From positions 1,536,001 to 1,600,000 of the forward strand of contig CP000068.1 of assembly GCA_000002445.1 (NCBI GenBank): 64,000 nucleotides of DNA, written 5' to 3'. How positions within the stretch are numbered: position 1 is the stretch's first letter; each line of letters begins with the position of its first letter. Position numbers and translations under genes: made by a program. Origin of the DNA: Trypanosoma brucei (taxonomy: Eukaryota). Shown here one piece after another: positions 1 through 12,529 of this stretch. Below the pieces are notes generated by a model. That model worked only from the letters and a program-made list of their open reading frames with translations, was not told where the DNA came from and searched no databases.

Positions 1-2650
1 AAAAAGGCTTAGCGAACAGAGCCTTGAGGAGTGTCGCATTTTTTTTGGCAATTCTAGTGTCTGGAAAAGGCTGTTTTTTTGGAGGAAATAGTTGAGCCTT
101 CGGTTTCTGTTTCTAATTTTGGCTTCTTCCAGTAGCTGCGTCGGCGTTTTGTCTGTGTTGGAATTCTAAAGAAATTTTTTGCTTTTAAATTAATTGGCTT
201 TGGTTGAAAAATTCGTTATAATCATGGTGACTAGTTCCCTGTGTTTGATACTGTGTTAGTACAGCTTTTTTAAAAAAGTCTCTAGCCCTTGTATTTGCTA
301 TGTATCTGCCTTTGCCATAAAAATTCAATATATATATTTATATATTTATTTATTTGCAATACTCCAACTCACCCCTGCCTCTCACCTTTTAAAATCTTCT
401 CACCACCCTCTCTATGCTATACCTAAAGCAAAAAACTCACAACAGTATACGAATTTGTTACTCATCGACTTAGCGCTTAAAATATTAATCTACTATAAAA
501 TTTAAAAAATACAGTAGCTACCAATTCTGCTCTCGAATTAAACTATTTATGTACGAAATGCGGCTTTTTATTGAGTCCATATGGTGTTTTCCAGCGTCGG
601 ATATTATGATCATTTGCAATTCTCTCCCCTACTCGCGCAGTCGGTTCGGCTTTATATCCTATGTTGTTTGTTCCCTTCTTTGTATATCGACATTCTAAGC
701 ATTATGGAGTATTTGTTTCTCCTATTTTTACTAGATACTCCTTCTTTTTACACTATTTCCCGGCGAGGGTTGTTTGTAATTATTGCTTTCTTTTGGAATT
801 TGAAGATACAGGAAGGTACGATGGTGCTCTAATCATCATGAGAAATGGTTTCTCTTTCGTTATGTTTGCCTGATAGCTTAAATGCAGTTGAGTTATTGTA
901 AGTGACGTCGGTTCTAATCTGTTAAACGTGCATTTTCAGACACTTGCATGCTTCACTCTAGAAAAATAAAAATGCTTACTTCTATCTAATAATTTTTCCC
1001 ATTTTATTGAATGTATCATCCACTGAATTTTATTGGTTTTACTCTTGGTTGCAATAAAATAAAGACTTTATTGATGTTTTTTCTGTTTTTATGCATCATT
1101 TTTCTTTTTGTTACTTTTCTGAAAATGTGACGCTTTTTTGGCATTTCTGCAAAGAGTAGTGCAATCATCAGTTTCTTCAGCTTCCACTGCTTCTTTTCTG
1201 CCATTAATTCTCTCCATAATTATCCTTTTACACGATTTGTAGGGCCTCCACCAGTTTAATTTTCTATCTGAGGTCGCTGTACAGTGATTATAGAGTCTTG
1301 GGTGTAAACAATGCATTCTTCAAAGAGTTCTAAATAAAATATAGGCACCAGTGTGCTTCAATGTCTTCCGTTTCTTTCCAGGAATAATCATGGTCGCCCG
1401 CTAAAGTCCAATGCGTTCTCTGAATATATATAACTGACTACTTTCACTAATAAAAGTATTGAATCAAAGCTTTAAACGATCTAGTTTCTTACATGTTAAA
1501 CATGTGAAAATGACCATTTTACCATAAAAACCCATGAAATTAATGAAAAACTTTCAAACCCAATTTTTCCCTGAAGTATTTACACAATGATTACATACCG
1601 TAGAATTTTATATCTGCTTAAAAACATTTAAATTTATTGTAGCTGTGGGCTTCTATTGCAGCCTGAAACGCGCTCCGTGAATGAACCTTCAATGAGAAAA
1701 TAACGGCAACACTTTACCTGTGAACGTGACCGTAAGTGTTTCATAGCGTTATCCTCCTGCAATGTCATGTGTTTTCGTTTATTGAATCGCAATTAGTGTC
1801 CTAAATTTACTCTCTTTTATTGCATTTTCTTTATAAATACCATCATGTTCACGTAAATATGTATTCTTATGTAAACTAGTCGTGTTTTTAACGGTGTTAG
1901 AATTTGGTTCTTGCACCAATAGAGAAGTGGTGTGGTGTATTTTGCAACATCTTGTAGTTCATAAAAAGCTTCTCTATCGTTTCATATATATTTTATTTAA
2001 GAATTTTAGCGATTTTGTTCTTTATTTCCCCTTGACCGTAATCCATCAGTAGTCCTTTTTAAAATGTTTCATCCAGATAATTTTTATTGCTTTACCAAAT
2101 ATTAAAATTATTACATTATTTGTCGTGAGAATAAATTGTAGAAAAACCTCATACTTACTAAGTGCCTTCCTTTTCCTGCTATTGTTTTGTCTTCGTTAGA
2201 GTTGGAAATCAGTGTTGGCCTTCATATTGAAAACCACAATCGCCACTATCATATCAAAAGTGGCACCCATCAATTTGTGTGAGATACCCTGAATCAATCT
2301 CTCCGCTTTCACTGCAAAATAATGTAGTATTTTTCCTCTTCATTTTCTGTCTCTGCTACTTCATTTAACGTAGCGAGAACATTTGTCGTACACCTCGCGA
2401 CCCGTATCCCACTTATCAGCTCTTCCATCATCTTCATGTATATGATGATTCCCTTATGGCACTGTCGTGTATGAAACTTCGCATCTCCAATCTTCTTTTC
2501 TCTTCTTTTCTCCCTTTTTTCTGCATTTACCTTAATATAATGTTCCTCATCCTCTCCCATTTATTCTCACTCACTTATTCTCATTTTCTCTCTTTCGTAA
2601 CACTCTTTTTTAAATGCTACTTTTTTTTTTCGACTTTTCGGCGTTGAACA

Positions 2651-2712
2651 CCACTATTATTATAATATTCGTATACACACTCTCCTACCAATATTATTAT
2701 TATTATTATAAC
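2651..2712 (-). repeat. 70-bp repeat, single copy; the VSG cassette it would precede (lower coordinates) is not recognisable
   Basis: The minus strand reads TGTGAGTGTGTATACGAATATTATAATAATAGTGG followed by a TAA tract. The same unit recurs before every VSG in the window. Confidence 0.75.
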
Positions 2713-2982
2713 GCCAAATATTCCATAACTAATATCCAGAAAATAAACTAAACTAAAATTTTCATAAGAGCACTCGCTTTTCCTGCCTTATTACAATAAA
2801 ACGTTACACCCATAAGCCACTGCTATACAATTTTTTCACAATTTTATATATTTCGAATTCTTAAAATTTTCAGCAAATACTGCTAAAATATATCACATAT
2901 TATTAGTTTTAGCAACATATATAAAAAAATAGTTTTATAAATTTCAGAAAGAATCCTTATAGTTCTCAAATGATACCAAACT

Positions 2983-4493
2983 CATAAAAGAGAAACATCC
3001 ATTAGAGCTAATTTCTTATTTACAGGAAAACTGTAATCCTTGCAAGTTTCGCTTTCCCACTTACAATCCGGGGATTTGCAGTACTCTCTTTCCTTATCCT
3101 TGGAACCTGAGGCAGTATTTGTTCCTGTAGTTTGAGTTTATGTTACGGGGAGGCCTGCTGCTGTTGCTTTTGTTTCATTAAAATTGCACTTTTTGTCGCC
3201 CTCATCTGCGCTTTTATTATAACTGTAATAAGGCTTTTTGTTGCATTTACTTTTATCCGTTATTGTACTGCAAGTGTATACCGATGCCTTTTCATTGTTC
3301 TTCTAAGCTTCTTCTAGCTTTTTGTTTAATGTTTTTAGATTTTGTGAATTTTGGATCTGAAAGTCCACTAGTAGTGCTGCCAGTACGTTTGCTTCAGCGA
3401 TTTCCCCTGGTAGAGTGTCTTTGGCTTTGTCACCAAATTTGCTGAGCAGCTTGAATACCGCTACTTTGGTCATTAGCCTCTTTACTTCGTCGGCTGGACT
3501 TCCTGTGAACAATTGCGTTTTGTAGTCTTTAACGACCGTACTTTCTCTCGCCTTGCCGTGTGTGCTGATCAAAGTGAATAACGTGTCGGCTGCAGCGGCT
3601 GCTGTTAGTTGGCTTGTTTTGTTGTCGTATTGCGGTGAATCCTCTGAGAGCGCCTTCTGTAAAGCTGTTGAAACAGCCTCCCACAGCGGTAGCCTTGTGG
3701 AATGTGTCAGCGTTGCTGCGCTGCCGAAAGCTAGCACCGCTTTGTCGCCGGCGTTTTGTGTTACTCTTATGTAGCCACCTACGTATTCCAGTTTGTTTTG
3801 GGTGTTGCTGGCGTCCGTGTGGACTATGCCGTCGCCACCATCTAGTGTCAGAAGCCGGCACTTGGCTGTGCTGTCTTGATGGTCCTGGGTATGGTCTGTT
3901 GGGTTGCGTAGTCCTTTGTAACCTTGTGGTGTGACGAGCGGGCTTTGCCGCTTTTCCTTTTTCGTTTCTGTGGCCTTTAGTGGACCCGTGACGCTCTCTA
4001 TGACGCCTCGCTCTAGAGCTGCTGCTGCGCCTCCACCGCTGACGCTTAAGCACCCATGTGCGCTGCCCGCTGTCTGTTGTGCGATGTCTAGCCATTCGTC
4101 GAGACGACCATTCAAGTAAGTTGCTGCTTTGCTTGCTTGCGCGATACTTTGCGCTCCCTGTGTTTCTAGGTTGGTAATTATGGTATTGCTTGCCGTTTGC
4201 TGGTAGGCTGCAAGCGTCAATAGTTTGTCATTGTCTGTGTCGGTGGGGTTTGCTGCCATGTATACCTGCGTGCGAATGGCTTCGATTGCTATGTTTGCGG
4301 CCCGCTTTAAGACAGCGGCTTCTGAGGCAAGCATCTCCCAGGCAATTCCATTCAGGTCGTTGCTTATTTCACAAAGCGGCTGCCACGCCGCTTTTTTCAT
4401 GCTGTCTTTGGCGGTCGCATCGCTCCTGTGGACTATTGAAATTATAACCATTGCTGCAGTTGCTGTTAGCTGCTTAACTGCGGACATTGTCAT
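2983..4493 (-). pseudogene. VSG: VSG pseudogene (cassette A). The 396-aa N-domain ORF at 3303-4493 is intact and the C-terminal domain is frameshifted.
   Basis: The ORF starts MTMSAVKQLTATAAMVIISIVHRS with WQPLCEISNDL. Below 3303, in another frame, the minus strand encodes CKWESETCKDYSFPVNKKLALM followed by a short tail. The 3'UTR and 70-bp repeats flank it. Confidence 0.8.
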
Positions 4494-5275
4494 CGTGAAT
4501 GTCGTATTTTTCCCTTATCCCGTTCCAGCTTTACTACTTTTGTCGTCTTGAGCAGCTTTTATGATTGGATGTCTGCCGCGGTAGTTACTTTTACCTTATG
4601 TCGCTACTTCTTTTTTAGGGGAAGCTAGTTACAAATGTGAAAAAGCGGGCTTCATTCGTTGCGATTGCCGCCGTTGGTGACTTCCCCTACGGTCAGCTTT
4701 GTGAATAAGCAGAAATGGGCCGGCCTCCCCTTTAGCCCCATGAAACATATTTAAAACCAGGTCTCGTCCTGAACAAAGACCCCCAGTTTAGTAGTTTTTT
4801 TTACTACATGTCTCAGGAATTTTAAAGATTGTTCGCAGTCTGATTACCTTCTATGCTTTTCTATTGGTTATGATTCTGTTTTTTTGTACCTCGCCAAACA
4901 TTTTAAAACTCTCCTCATATCGATATCAGTCCTCTACTATCCATTCCCACTACTCATTGGCAACTCACCTTCACGTGTCCACACAATGGTTCAGCTAACA
5001 ACCACCATCTGAATTTAACTTGTCGTTTTGCCATATTGGCTTCTTTTTGCTTTTTTATCAGTACCTATGCTATAAAAACTGTACAAATTGCTGCAATATT
5101 AGGTTAGAACATTTTTTTCTCATCCTTTGCCTCACCGCATTATGATACCATGTGTTATTCTGCTTGCGGCGGTAGCAGTGGTTGTAACTCTTTTCATACC
5201 GCTATTAGTCTCCAAATGAACTTCTACTGCGTCTATCAGCTCAGTTTCAACTGTAATTCCACGGAGTACGCCACT

Positions 5276-5411
5276 ATTCTTATAATAATGATACACGCTC
5301 ACAGCACTCTCCTATGATAATAACAATAATAATAATTATTATTACTGCTCTTAATGTAATATTAGTAAATACACACTCACAATACTTTCTTATTATTATT
5401 ATTATCATTGT
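5276..5411 (-). repeat. 70-bp repeat block, about 2 copies
   Basis: The plus strand reads cacgctcacagcactctcc and acacactcacaatactttc, with ATT/TAA tracts. Confidence 0.85.
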
Positions 5412-5581
5412 AAAAACCCTAAATAATGTCCATAAAATTTTAAAAATATACCAAATCAGAATAAAACATTTTTTTCATATTCTATAACCATACTACGTTA
5501 CAGCTATAGGCCGCTTTCGTCCTCATTTTACACAAAGTTTCATACATTTTAATTTTAAAAAAAAATTGCACTTTTTTATAA

Positions 5582-5597
5582 GTGCTAAAATATATCA
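5582..5597 (-). promoter_or_regulatory. VSG 3'UTR 16-mer (15/16 match)
   Basis: The plus strand reads gtgctaaaatatatca, the reverse complement of TGATATATTTTAACAC. It lies about 100 nt beyond the C-terminal coding end of VSG B. Confidence 0.7.
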
Positions 5598-5699
5598 AAA
5601 TATATCTAAATATTTTTAAATGTTCTCAAATTTTATAAAATCCTTAATATTTTAAAATGATAGCAAACTCACAAAAGCAGCCGTACTGAGAGCCAATTT

Positions 5700-7176
5700 C
5701 TGACTGATAATAAGACTTGAATCTTTGCAAGCATTATTTTCCCATTTACTCATCTTTGCAGTCTTTGTGCTCTTTACCTACACGCTTTGAGTCATTTTTC
5801 ACATCTTTAACTTCTTTGTTTTCTGCTATTTTTTTCAGCGGCTTCTGTGGTTAAGGTACACTTTGTGCCTTCAAGACGTGTAGAAACAAAGTGGCACCCT
5901 GACGTGCTTTTACAACCAGTTTCATTTTTGTCCCCTATTGCATTACAAACTTCTTCTGGCGGTTTTTGGTTCTTTTCAGCTGAATTCTCTTGTGATTTCC
6001 TGAGTTCGGCTTCCAGTGCTGCTATCCTAAGCGTATTTTGGTTTCTGTAGTAAGCCAAGGTCGCTTGTAATGTTGTTTCTTCGTCTATGTTTTGTAGTTG
6101 TTTCTTAGAGCCCAGTTCGCCCGTGACATCTGTGACTTCTGCTACTTTTATTTTTGCCCAAAGGTCCTTTATGGGGTCGTCAGTTGTTTTGAATTTGGTT
6201 TCGATGATCTGCGTAGCTGCTTGTTCGTTTTGGTGACTTTTCGGTTTGTCTTGCTGCTGGTTAAGTTGCGCTGCTACTTGGTTTTTGACGTAGCCGGCTG
6301 TGATCGCTGCTTTAAGCAGTGTTACCTCGTCGGTTGTTGGTTCGAGGTTGCTTTCGCTCTGAATCTTCCTGGCGTCGTAGTATGCCTGTTTCAGGATGTT
6401 TGTCTTGTCACGACTGCCATCTTCGCCTTGATCGAGCTGGGCGACCCGCTGGAATTGGTTATTGGCGGCTATCTTGAATATCCCTGAGAGCAACGTCGGT
6501 GTCCGAGTGCTGACAATTGACCCAGTTCCGGCTGCAGTTGTGTGAATGAGCCCGCACTTGTTGCTGGCGCCACTGACCACAGCATTGCCTACTACCGCCG
6601 TTATCTTGGTGTAGCCTGCAGCCCCTATATTGGTCTAGTTTATATTGCTGTCGTCCCCGTCGATATCCGTCACCGTGCTTTCACAGCCATGCTTTTTTGT
6701 GTTACCAGTTGTCACGGTGTTGCCGTCGTTGTCGGCAAGGCAGCCGTTGCCGCTGCTATCGTGCGTCGCTTTTAGGACTCTCATTGTGGCTTTATTCGTC
6801 CAGTTAGTTCGAGCATTGTTGAAGCACTGTTGAGTGCCTGCTGGATGGTGGCTCCGAGCGCTTTCCGTTTTGCTTTTACTGCCGCCAGGGTGCCTAAAGC
6901 TAGGACTTCTGTATGTCGCCGCTGGTCTCCTGTAATGTGCGCAGCCTAAAATATTAGGACTTTTAGGACCGGTTTACGCATCACCTGCTCTTCAGCTATT
7001 GCAGCCCTTAGTGCCTTGTATGCTCTGGCTGATACACGTCTCAAGTCATTTGCTAGGTGGCACACTGGCTGCCACGTTGACAGCTCTATGCTTGGCGCAT
7101 CTTCTGATGCTTGCCCCGGAGCCATCACGAATGATAGCACTATGGCTAGTAAGTGTGCTTCCTTAATCAGTTGCAT
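5700..7176 (-). pseudogene. VSG: VSG pseudogene (cassette B) with several frameshifts
   Basis: The ORFs at 6946-7176 (MQLIKEAHLLAIVLSFVMA with WQPVCHLANDL) and 5807-6580 (ending CHFVSTRLEGTKCTLTTEAAEK) are VSG-like. The 3' end encodes KWENNACKDSSLIISQKLA in a shifted frame. Confidence 0.8.
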
Positions 7177-8345
7177 TGGGTGTTGTTTAATTGGAAACTT
7201 GTTCCACAGGAGCCGCTATAGCTGTCAAAAAATTATTTATTTCTTTCTAGAAAAATTTTAGTACGATCTGCCTTTGCCACAGTTTGCTTGCATGTCGACA
7301 TATGGTGTTGTTTAGTGGACGGTTAAAAATAGATATGGGAGTTCGTTATCGGTTGGTTTTATAATTTTGGTTATTTCCATGCTTGAGAAATAGATATGCT
7401 CTGCTCTTATCCTCTTTTGTTTACCTCTTAGTTTGCAGCCGGTATCGCTTTCGGTCCCCAGTTCGAGGCGGCTGTGTCTTTGAAGCCGTGCCAGTGCTTC
7501 ACAATCCTTCGGTTTCGCTCACTTTTTAGTGATTCTGCAGCGTCTAGACCACAGCCAAAGTTGCTTTGCCGTTAGTTCCACGTGTTACTACGGCTACGTT
7601 ATATACAGCATTACTTAACCCTTGTCTTCTGTAAAACTTGCTTATGTTTTTTTTTGAAACCAGCAGTTTTTAACTTAGTTACACCGCATTTTTACAATAG
7701 ATTACATACATTCAGGTGCGATCATACAAGTGTATTGGCTTGCTCGGCGGCGTGAAAACGTTTTCTTTGCAACCTCTCACCAGCTGTGAAGCTTTTTACA
7801 CCAGGTCATGCTCCTAAGATTCTAATGTATAGTCATTTACATTATTCCACACCACCTTTAACTTTCGTCAAAGTCCCCTCACTATATGATCACGCTCTCA
7901 TGTTCGTGGAAAAACACACTTTTTTACCACGAATCAGAATCGAATTCTGAACTTACTACTTAGCATCAGAATCTATCATCATATTAAAAAATAGAGTAGC
8001 AACAATCTCCAACAGTACACCTACCTGTTTTTGTTTTAAATTTAGGCCATCACCATTTTGGACTTCCGCTGTGCACTGTTCCACATCCCGTCGTTTCACT
8101 ATGTATTTTCTTTTCATTCCTTTCTATCTTTCGTTACTTTTTCTGCGGGTAACATAGCAACTTCATTTGCCTTGTACACTAGATTCAGTCTCTCCCTCTA
8201 TCTGTCTTAATTCTTCATTCATAATATTTTCGCCCCCACAATTTTATAATCATCCACCCTCATTCACTCACTTACTCACATTCCAATCTTGCTACTTTTC
8301 AAGTTCATCTTTTTGTTTCCGCATTCAGGTTTTAACAATATCCTC

Positions 8346-8402
8346 ATACTAATATTTGTATATGCACAGCCACACCACTTTCCTATCACCATTATTGTTA
8401 CA
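8346..8402 (-). repeat. degenerate 70-bp repeat remnant
   Basis: The plus strand reads tatatgcacagccacaccactttcc and attattgtt. It sits at the position expected between the conserved 3' element and the spacer. Confidence 0.5.
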
Positions 8403-8766
8403 ACGCTAACTAATATTCATCAAATAAATAAAATAAACAAAATAAACAAAATTAGAACATCACTCATTTTTCATACCTTATCTCTCTGTTACTTTACATC
8501 CATCGGCCACCTTCATACGAAGGTTTAAATAATAGCATATTTTCATCGAAAAGTGTGAAAATATAACAGAGTCGCAAAAATATAGGTAAAAATTTTAAAA
8601 CAGTAAGGCCGTAAAAACAGCGGTCATCAGAGCCAATTACTTATTGACTAGAAAACTTCCATTTCGGCATTTCTCTGTATCCTTGTCATCCTCACCATCT
8701 TTGTCCTTTCTGAAACCACAAACGGGGGTTTGGCCTGCTGTGTTTTCAGCTTCGCATTTGGCTTTG

Positions 8767-10197
8767 TCAGTGCCGTGTTTGGTGCACCTGTCTGAAGCAG
8801 TTTTTCTCATCTTTCCCTCCTGTTTCTTGAGTTGCTTTTTCTGCTTCTTTTTTGCTCTCTTCACTCAATGTGCACCTTTTCTTTGGTTCTTTTGCTTCGG
8901 CGTCCCATTTGCAGGATGGTTTGCACTCTGTGTTTTTGTTTATCCTATTGCATTTTTCTTCGGCTTCTTCTTGGTTTTGTTTATTGTTTTCTGCTGCTAC
9001 TGCTGCACCTGGCGCTTTTTGGGATTGCTGCTGTATAGCCATTGCATTCAGCTGCAGGAGGTTTGTTAGGCTTTCATTGAGGCTGGTTAATTGAATCTCT
9101 GCCTGCAAAGTAGTGCGTTGCTCATCCTTTAGTGCCTGTTGCTTTTGAGCTGCTTTATCAAGAGCGCTTAGCCATGTCGGCTCCTGTATCGTGTTTGCCG
9201 CACTTACAAACGCTACACATGGACCTGTGCCTCCCGCGTCAGCGCCGTTGCAGTTGCCCGCTGCCCCTGCTGAGCCGACGTATCCTATGTATCCTACGGC
9301 GCCGCCAGTCCCTTTCGGTTCGTATAGCAGCGCCCTAATGCTGCTGCCGGCCTGTGCTATGTCCGTTTGCTGGTTAGCTTTATCGTGGTTGCCTTCGCTG
9401 CTGCAGTGTTCCGTTATTTGTGTCCACGCTGCTAGTGGTTTGCCTTGAGCCCCGAAATCCTGCTCTGTAGCTTGGGTTTTGTAGCGTGCCGCGGCGTTGT
9501 TGCTGGTACTGTCCGAGGCGCATAGACATGTCATGGTTTCTGCTAGTGAATTTTTGCTTGATGAGCCGCTTTTGCTGTTGGTGCCGCAGTGCGCTTCCCT
9601 GGTCGCCCCTGTGCCGGTTAGCTTGAGGTTGACTTTGTTTCCGCCGGGCCCGTATATTGCTTCCTCTAAGGCCGACTTGATTGCGGCGGCAGCGTCGGCT
9701 TCTTCTAAATAGTCTTTGGCTTGGTCCGCTAGAGTTTTCATTAGTTCGACGGTTTTGTTTATTTGCATGTGCAGTGGGCTCGCCGGCTGCGCCGCGATCT
9801 TGAGTTTCTGTTTTTCTTCTGGAGCTAAATTTTTTAGGTAGTTGGCTGCCTCTTGATACTGTGCCTTTGAGCTTCCCTTGCACTTTTCAGGAATCTCAGA
9901 GTCTCCCGTTGCCGCTTCTCCTGATGTGGTTGTTTTGTCTGCCATTTTTGCAATTGCGGAGAGCTCGCTTAGAATTAAAGCTATGTGTTGTGTTCTAAGA
10001 GCCGCATCCTTCGCTGCCGCAGACGGCTTGTTCTTACTTTGGAGCTTTGTGGCAGCCAGCACCACGTTGCATAGCAGTCCAAATGTTTGTCTGTTTTCAC
10101 CTTTGGTCGCGGTTCCCGCTTCAGTGGCTGCCGCGTACGTTATAAGCAGCAATGCTACCGCCACTACCGCTTTAGTTGGCCTTTGGTCCAATCGCAT
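8767..10197 (-). CDS. VSG: VSG (cassette C). The 476-aa ORF is nearly full length but is probably a pseudogene: there is a frameshift around 8770-8860 and a stop inside the GPI signal.
   Basis: The signal peptide is MRLDQRPTKAVVAVALLLITYAAA and the protein includes GENRQTFGLLC, CKWDAEAKEPKKRCTLSEE and other VSG hallmarks. The canonical C-terminus continues in another frame (ORF 8637-8864 ends NGSFLVNK, then a stop). After that stop the sequence reads LALMTAVFTALLF. Confidence 0.85.
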   Translation of the reverse strand: MRLDQRPTKAVVAVALLLITYAAATEAGTATKGENRQTFGLLCNVVLAATKLQSKNKPSAAAKDAALRTQHIALILSELSAIAKMADKTTTSGEAATGDSEIPEKCKGSSKAQYQEAANYLKNLAPEEKQKLKIAAQPASPLHMQINKTVELMKTLADQAKDYLEEADAAAAIKSALEEAIYGPGGNKVNLKLTGTGATREAHCGTNSKSGSSSKNSLAETMTCLCASDSTSNNAAARYKTQATEQDFGAQGKPLAAWTQITEHCSSEGNHDKANQQTDIAQAGSSIRALLYEPKGTGGAVGYIGYVGSAGAAGNCNGADAGGTGPCVAFVSAANTIQEPTWLSALDKAAQKQQALKDEQRTTLQAEIQLTSLNESLTNLLQLNAMAIQQQSQKAPGAAVAAENNKQNQEEAEEKCNRINKNTECKPSCKWDAEAKEPKKRCTLSEESKKEAEKATQETGGKDEKNCFRQVHQTRH

Positions 10198-10360
10198 CTC
10201 AGTTTGTGTCTAGTGCGTTTCTTTCAGCCTGGATCCGTAGGTAAAAGTGTGAGAAAGATGACGGTTGTTGGTTTTTCCGGCATGTTTTTGAAGTACTTCG
10301 CCTTTAAAAGCTTAGGGTGAGCCAGCTGTTCTGGTGCTCGTTATTTTTGACAAAATAACT

Positions 10361-11458
10361 TCACCATGGACGTTTTGGGACGTCACTTCGACTTAATAAA
10401 TCTGGCGGCCCATTGGAATGGCGGCTCGGGTGAAGCCTTTGCTGCGGTTTCATTGTAATACTGTCGCAAACAATACGGTTGCCATTCACTTCCATGGATC
10501 GCATTAAAATTCTTTTCACATGCATTACATAATGACAATCTTGCATATCCACCGTTAATAACCCCTCAATTTTAAATTTATTCTTTATAACTTCCACGAC
10601 CATAATATCTTCATTGAGTGCTCTAAAATCAATATATGTTTCGACATTTCTGAATTTAATTTCTGATTTTACTAATTTTATCAAAAGCTCATAATCAACA
10701 ATTTTCTTAACTACATCCCTTGATAGTGTGGACGCATAACCTATTGTGTGCCATGTAATTTCGTCACTAAATTCTTTAGGATAACCAACCGCTCTTGCCA
10801 CATTCAATTTCTCCATTGGCAATATTTCAAGGCACTGTAACAACAATGGCACCCTCATAAAAATATTATCATCTGCTTTCATTATATAAGGGTTTGTTGG
10901 CTTGAATAATTACACTGCAAATTTAAACTACAGATACGTGTTTCTACTCATCGTGAGTTCTGCTTCCCATCCCCAATTACACCCCTCTCCAACTTTTTTA
11001 TCTGCTGTAGGATTTACATCGCAAACTGGTAAAATAATAATATCCTGCTTTAACTCCGCCTCTTCTTCAGCGATTACTCTGAGCTCGCAATTGTTATTTG
11101 TATGAGGTGAAAGGGTATATACTACAGACAACTTCCCAGTAAAATTATTTACCTTCCTTGCCGCTTCGGGATAACTCCAACACGTTTCCCTCTGAAGGTT
11201 GCGCCTTCTGAATCTCCCATCATTATCTATGGAAGGTATTCCAGCTACAACCAAATAATCGTCGGCTTTCCAAATCATCCTTACATCTTTCGAAACAAAT
11301 TTAATACACTCATCCTCAACAACTTCTAGTGAAATAGTGTCACACACGTCAAATAAGCTGTATAGTGACGTTCCTAAATTAACAGAAATAACAATTAAAA
11401 AAAGTAAACTATCATTAACCAAATAGTTTGCAAATACTTTATAAGATGCTATTCCCAT
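10361..11458 (-). pseudogene. GT31-family glycosyltransferase gene (UDP-Gal/UDP-GlcNAc-dependent type). One frameshift or stop lies near 10882-10928.
   Basis: The N-terminal ORF at 10928-11458 has a type II anchor (SLLFLIVISVNLG) and the motif LVVAGIPSIDNDGRFRRRNLQRETCW, matching the xxRRxxIRxTW box of beta-1,3 GT31 enzymes. The C-terminal ORF at 10361-10882 has KADDNIFMRV (DDD-type box) and TIGYASTLSRDVV (GGGYVLS box). Confidence 0.65.
10798..11338. repeat. segmental duplication, copy 1 (also at 20788-21328; offset 9990 bp)
   Basis: The sequence is identical to the second copy apart from one mismatch noticed (11322 a vs 21312 c). The translated ORFs are identical on both strands (10902-11105 = 20892-21095). 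Confidence 0.85.
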
Positions 11459-12120
11459 ATTATTAGAAAACTATTAATATTTGTAAAATCAAAAACGATA
11501 TTTAGAAAATAAGTAAATGCTCTTCACCAAAGTGTTTACATAAGCAATTCCAAGGTATTGTCATGATGTAGCTGTTAAAAAGTCTATGTTAATATTCTGG
11601 AATTTTTATATAACCTCTCCTCTATATTTAGTTTTAGTAGTTATCTAGAGCCACATATAGTGCTTCTAAACAATATAAATCCTTCTGTTCTCTAGAATTA
11701 TTCACATTTTCCTCCAATGTATTTTTGTTTAATTACAGTAGTTACCTGCATCTATGTGTTCAGAAACGCTAATAATTTTACTGTTTATTTGTAGTAACTA
11801 CGACTAACATCCATTTTCGTGACTCTCGCATCACTATAACTTTTGAAACTTATGTAGTTGCCGTCTTGGGCAAAATAATGACACAGTATGGGCTGCACAC
11901 TTCATCTTCTCTCTTACTTATTGTACCCTCTATCATCTCAATGTGCATAATGGTGTACACCGTTACATTTGTGCTCGAATTTACGCCTCTACAATACTCG
12001 TTTCCGTCTGCCTCCTTGACTCAGCTGCTCTTCACATTATTTACTTGGTCTTGTCGCGCCCTTGACATTGTTTCGACTGTTGCTATTGCGGTAAACCATT
12101 TAGTATCTACAAACACTAAC

Positions 12121-12205
12121 ATTACAATAATATCAGTATATACACACTCACAACACTCACCTATCATCATCATCATTATTATTATTATTATCATGGTAAT
12201 AACAT
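12121..12205 (-). repeat. 70-bp repeat block
   Basis: The plus strand reads atatcagtatatacacactcacaacactcacc followed by an ATC/ATT tract. Confidence 0.85.
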
Positions 12206-12422
12206 CTTAAACTATCTTCACTATTTTTATTTGGATTGTAAACCTAAATTACTTCTAATATTCATAAAATAAAGAAAGTAAACTAAATTATAATATCACT
12301 CATTTTTTATACCTTACTCCAAATTGTTTTATACCAATAGGCCACTATCATAAATATTTCATATGTTTGATATTTTTTAAATATTCACAATTTTCAATTT
12401 TTTGCAAAGTTTTTATTAAAAA

Positions 12423-12438
12423 GTGTTAAAATATATCA
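12423..12438 (-). promoter_or_regulatory. VSG 3'UTR 16-mer (perfect)
   Basis: The plus strand reads gtgttaaaatatatca, the reverse complement of TGATATATTTTAACAC. Confidence 0.85.
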
Positions 12439-12529
12439 AATTTAAAAAATTATTTTGAAAAATAATTTTTTCATAAAATTAAGCAAAAATCCTTAGAATA
12501 TAAGAATGCTAAAATGCAACCACACTCAC

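Noticed and set aside
3529-4095. Arg-rich alternative-frame minus-strand ORFs inside VSGs (3529-4095, 9380-9883, 19294-19803, 35572-35883, 62431-62841)
   Set aside because: They are frame-shifted readings of GC-rich Ala/Gly/Thr VSG codons. They nest inside longer, clearly VSG-like ORFs.
8644-9069. Plus-strand Cys/Phe/Leu-rich ORFs antisense to VSGs (for example 8644-9069, 23232-23786, 44659-45024, 54537-55022)
   Set aside because: They are low-complexity antisense read-through of Ala/Lys/Glu-rich VSG coding sequence. They have no starts in a sensible context and are not conserved between cassettes except as mirror images.
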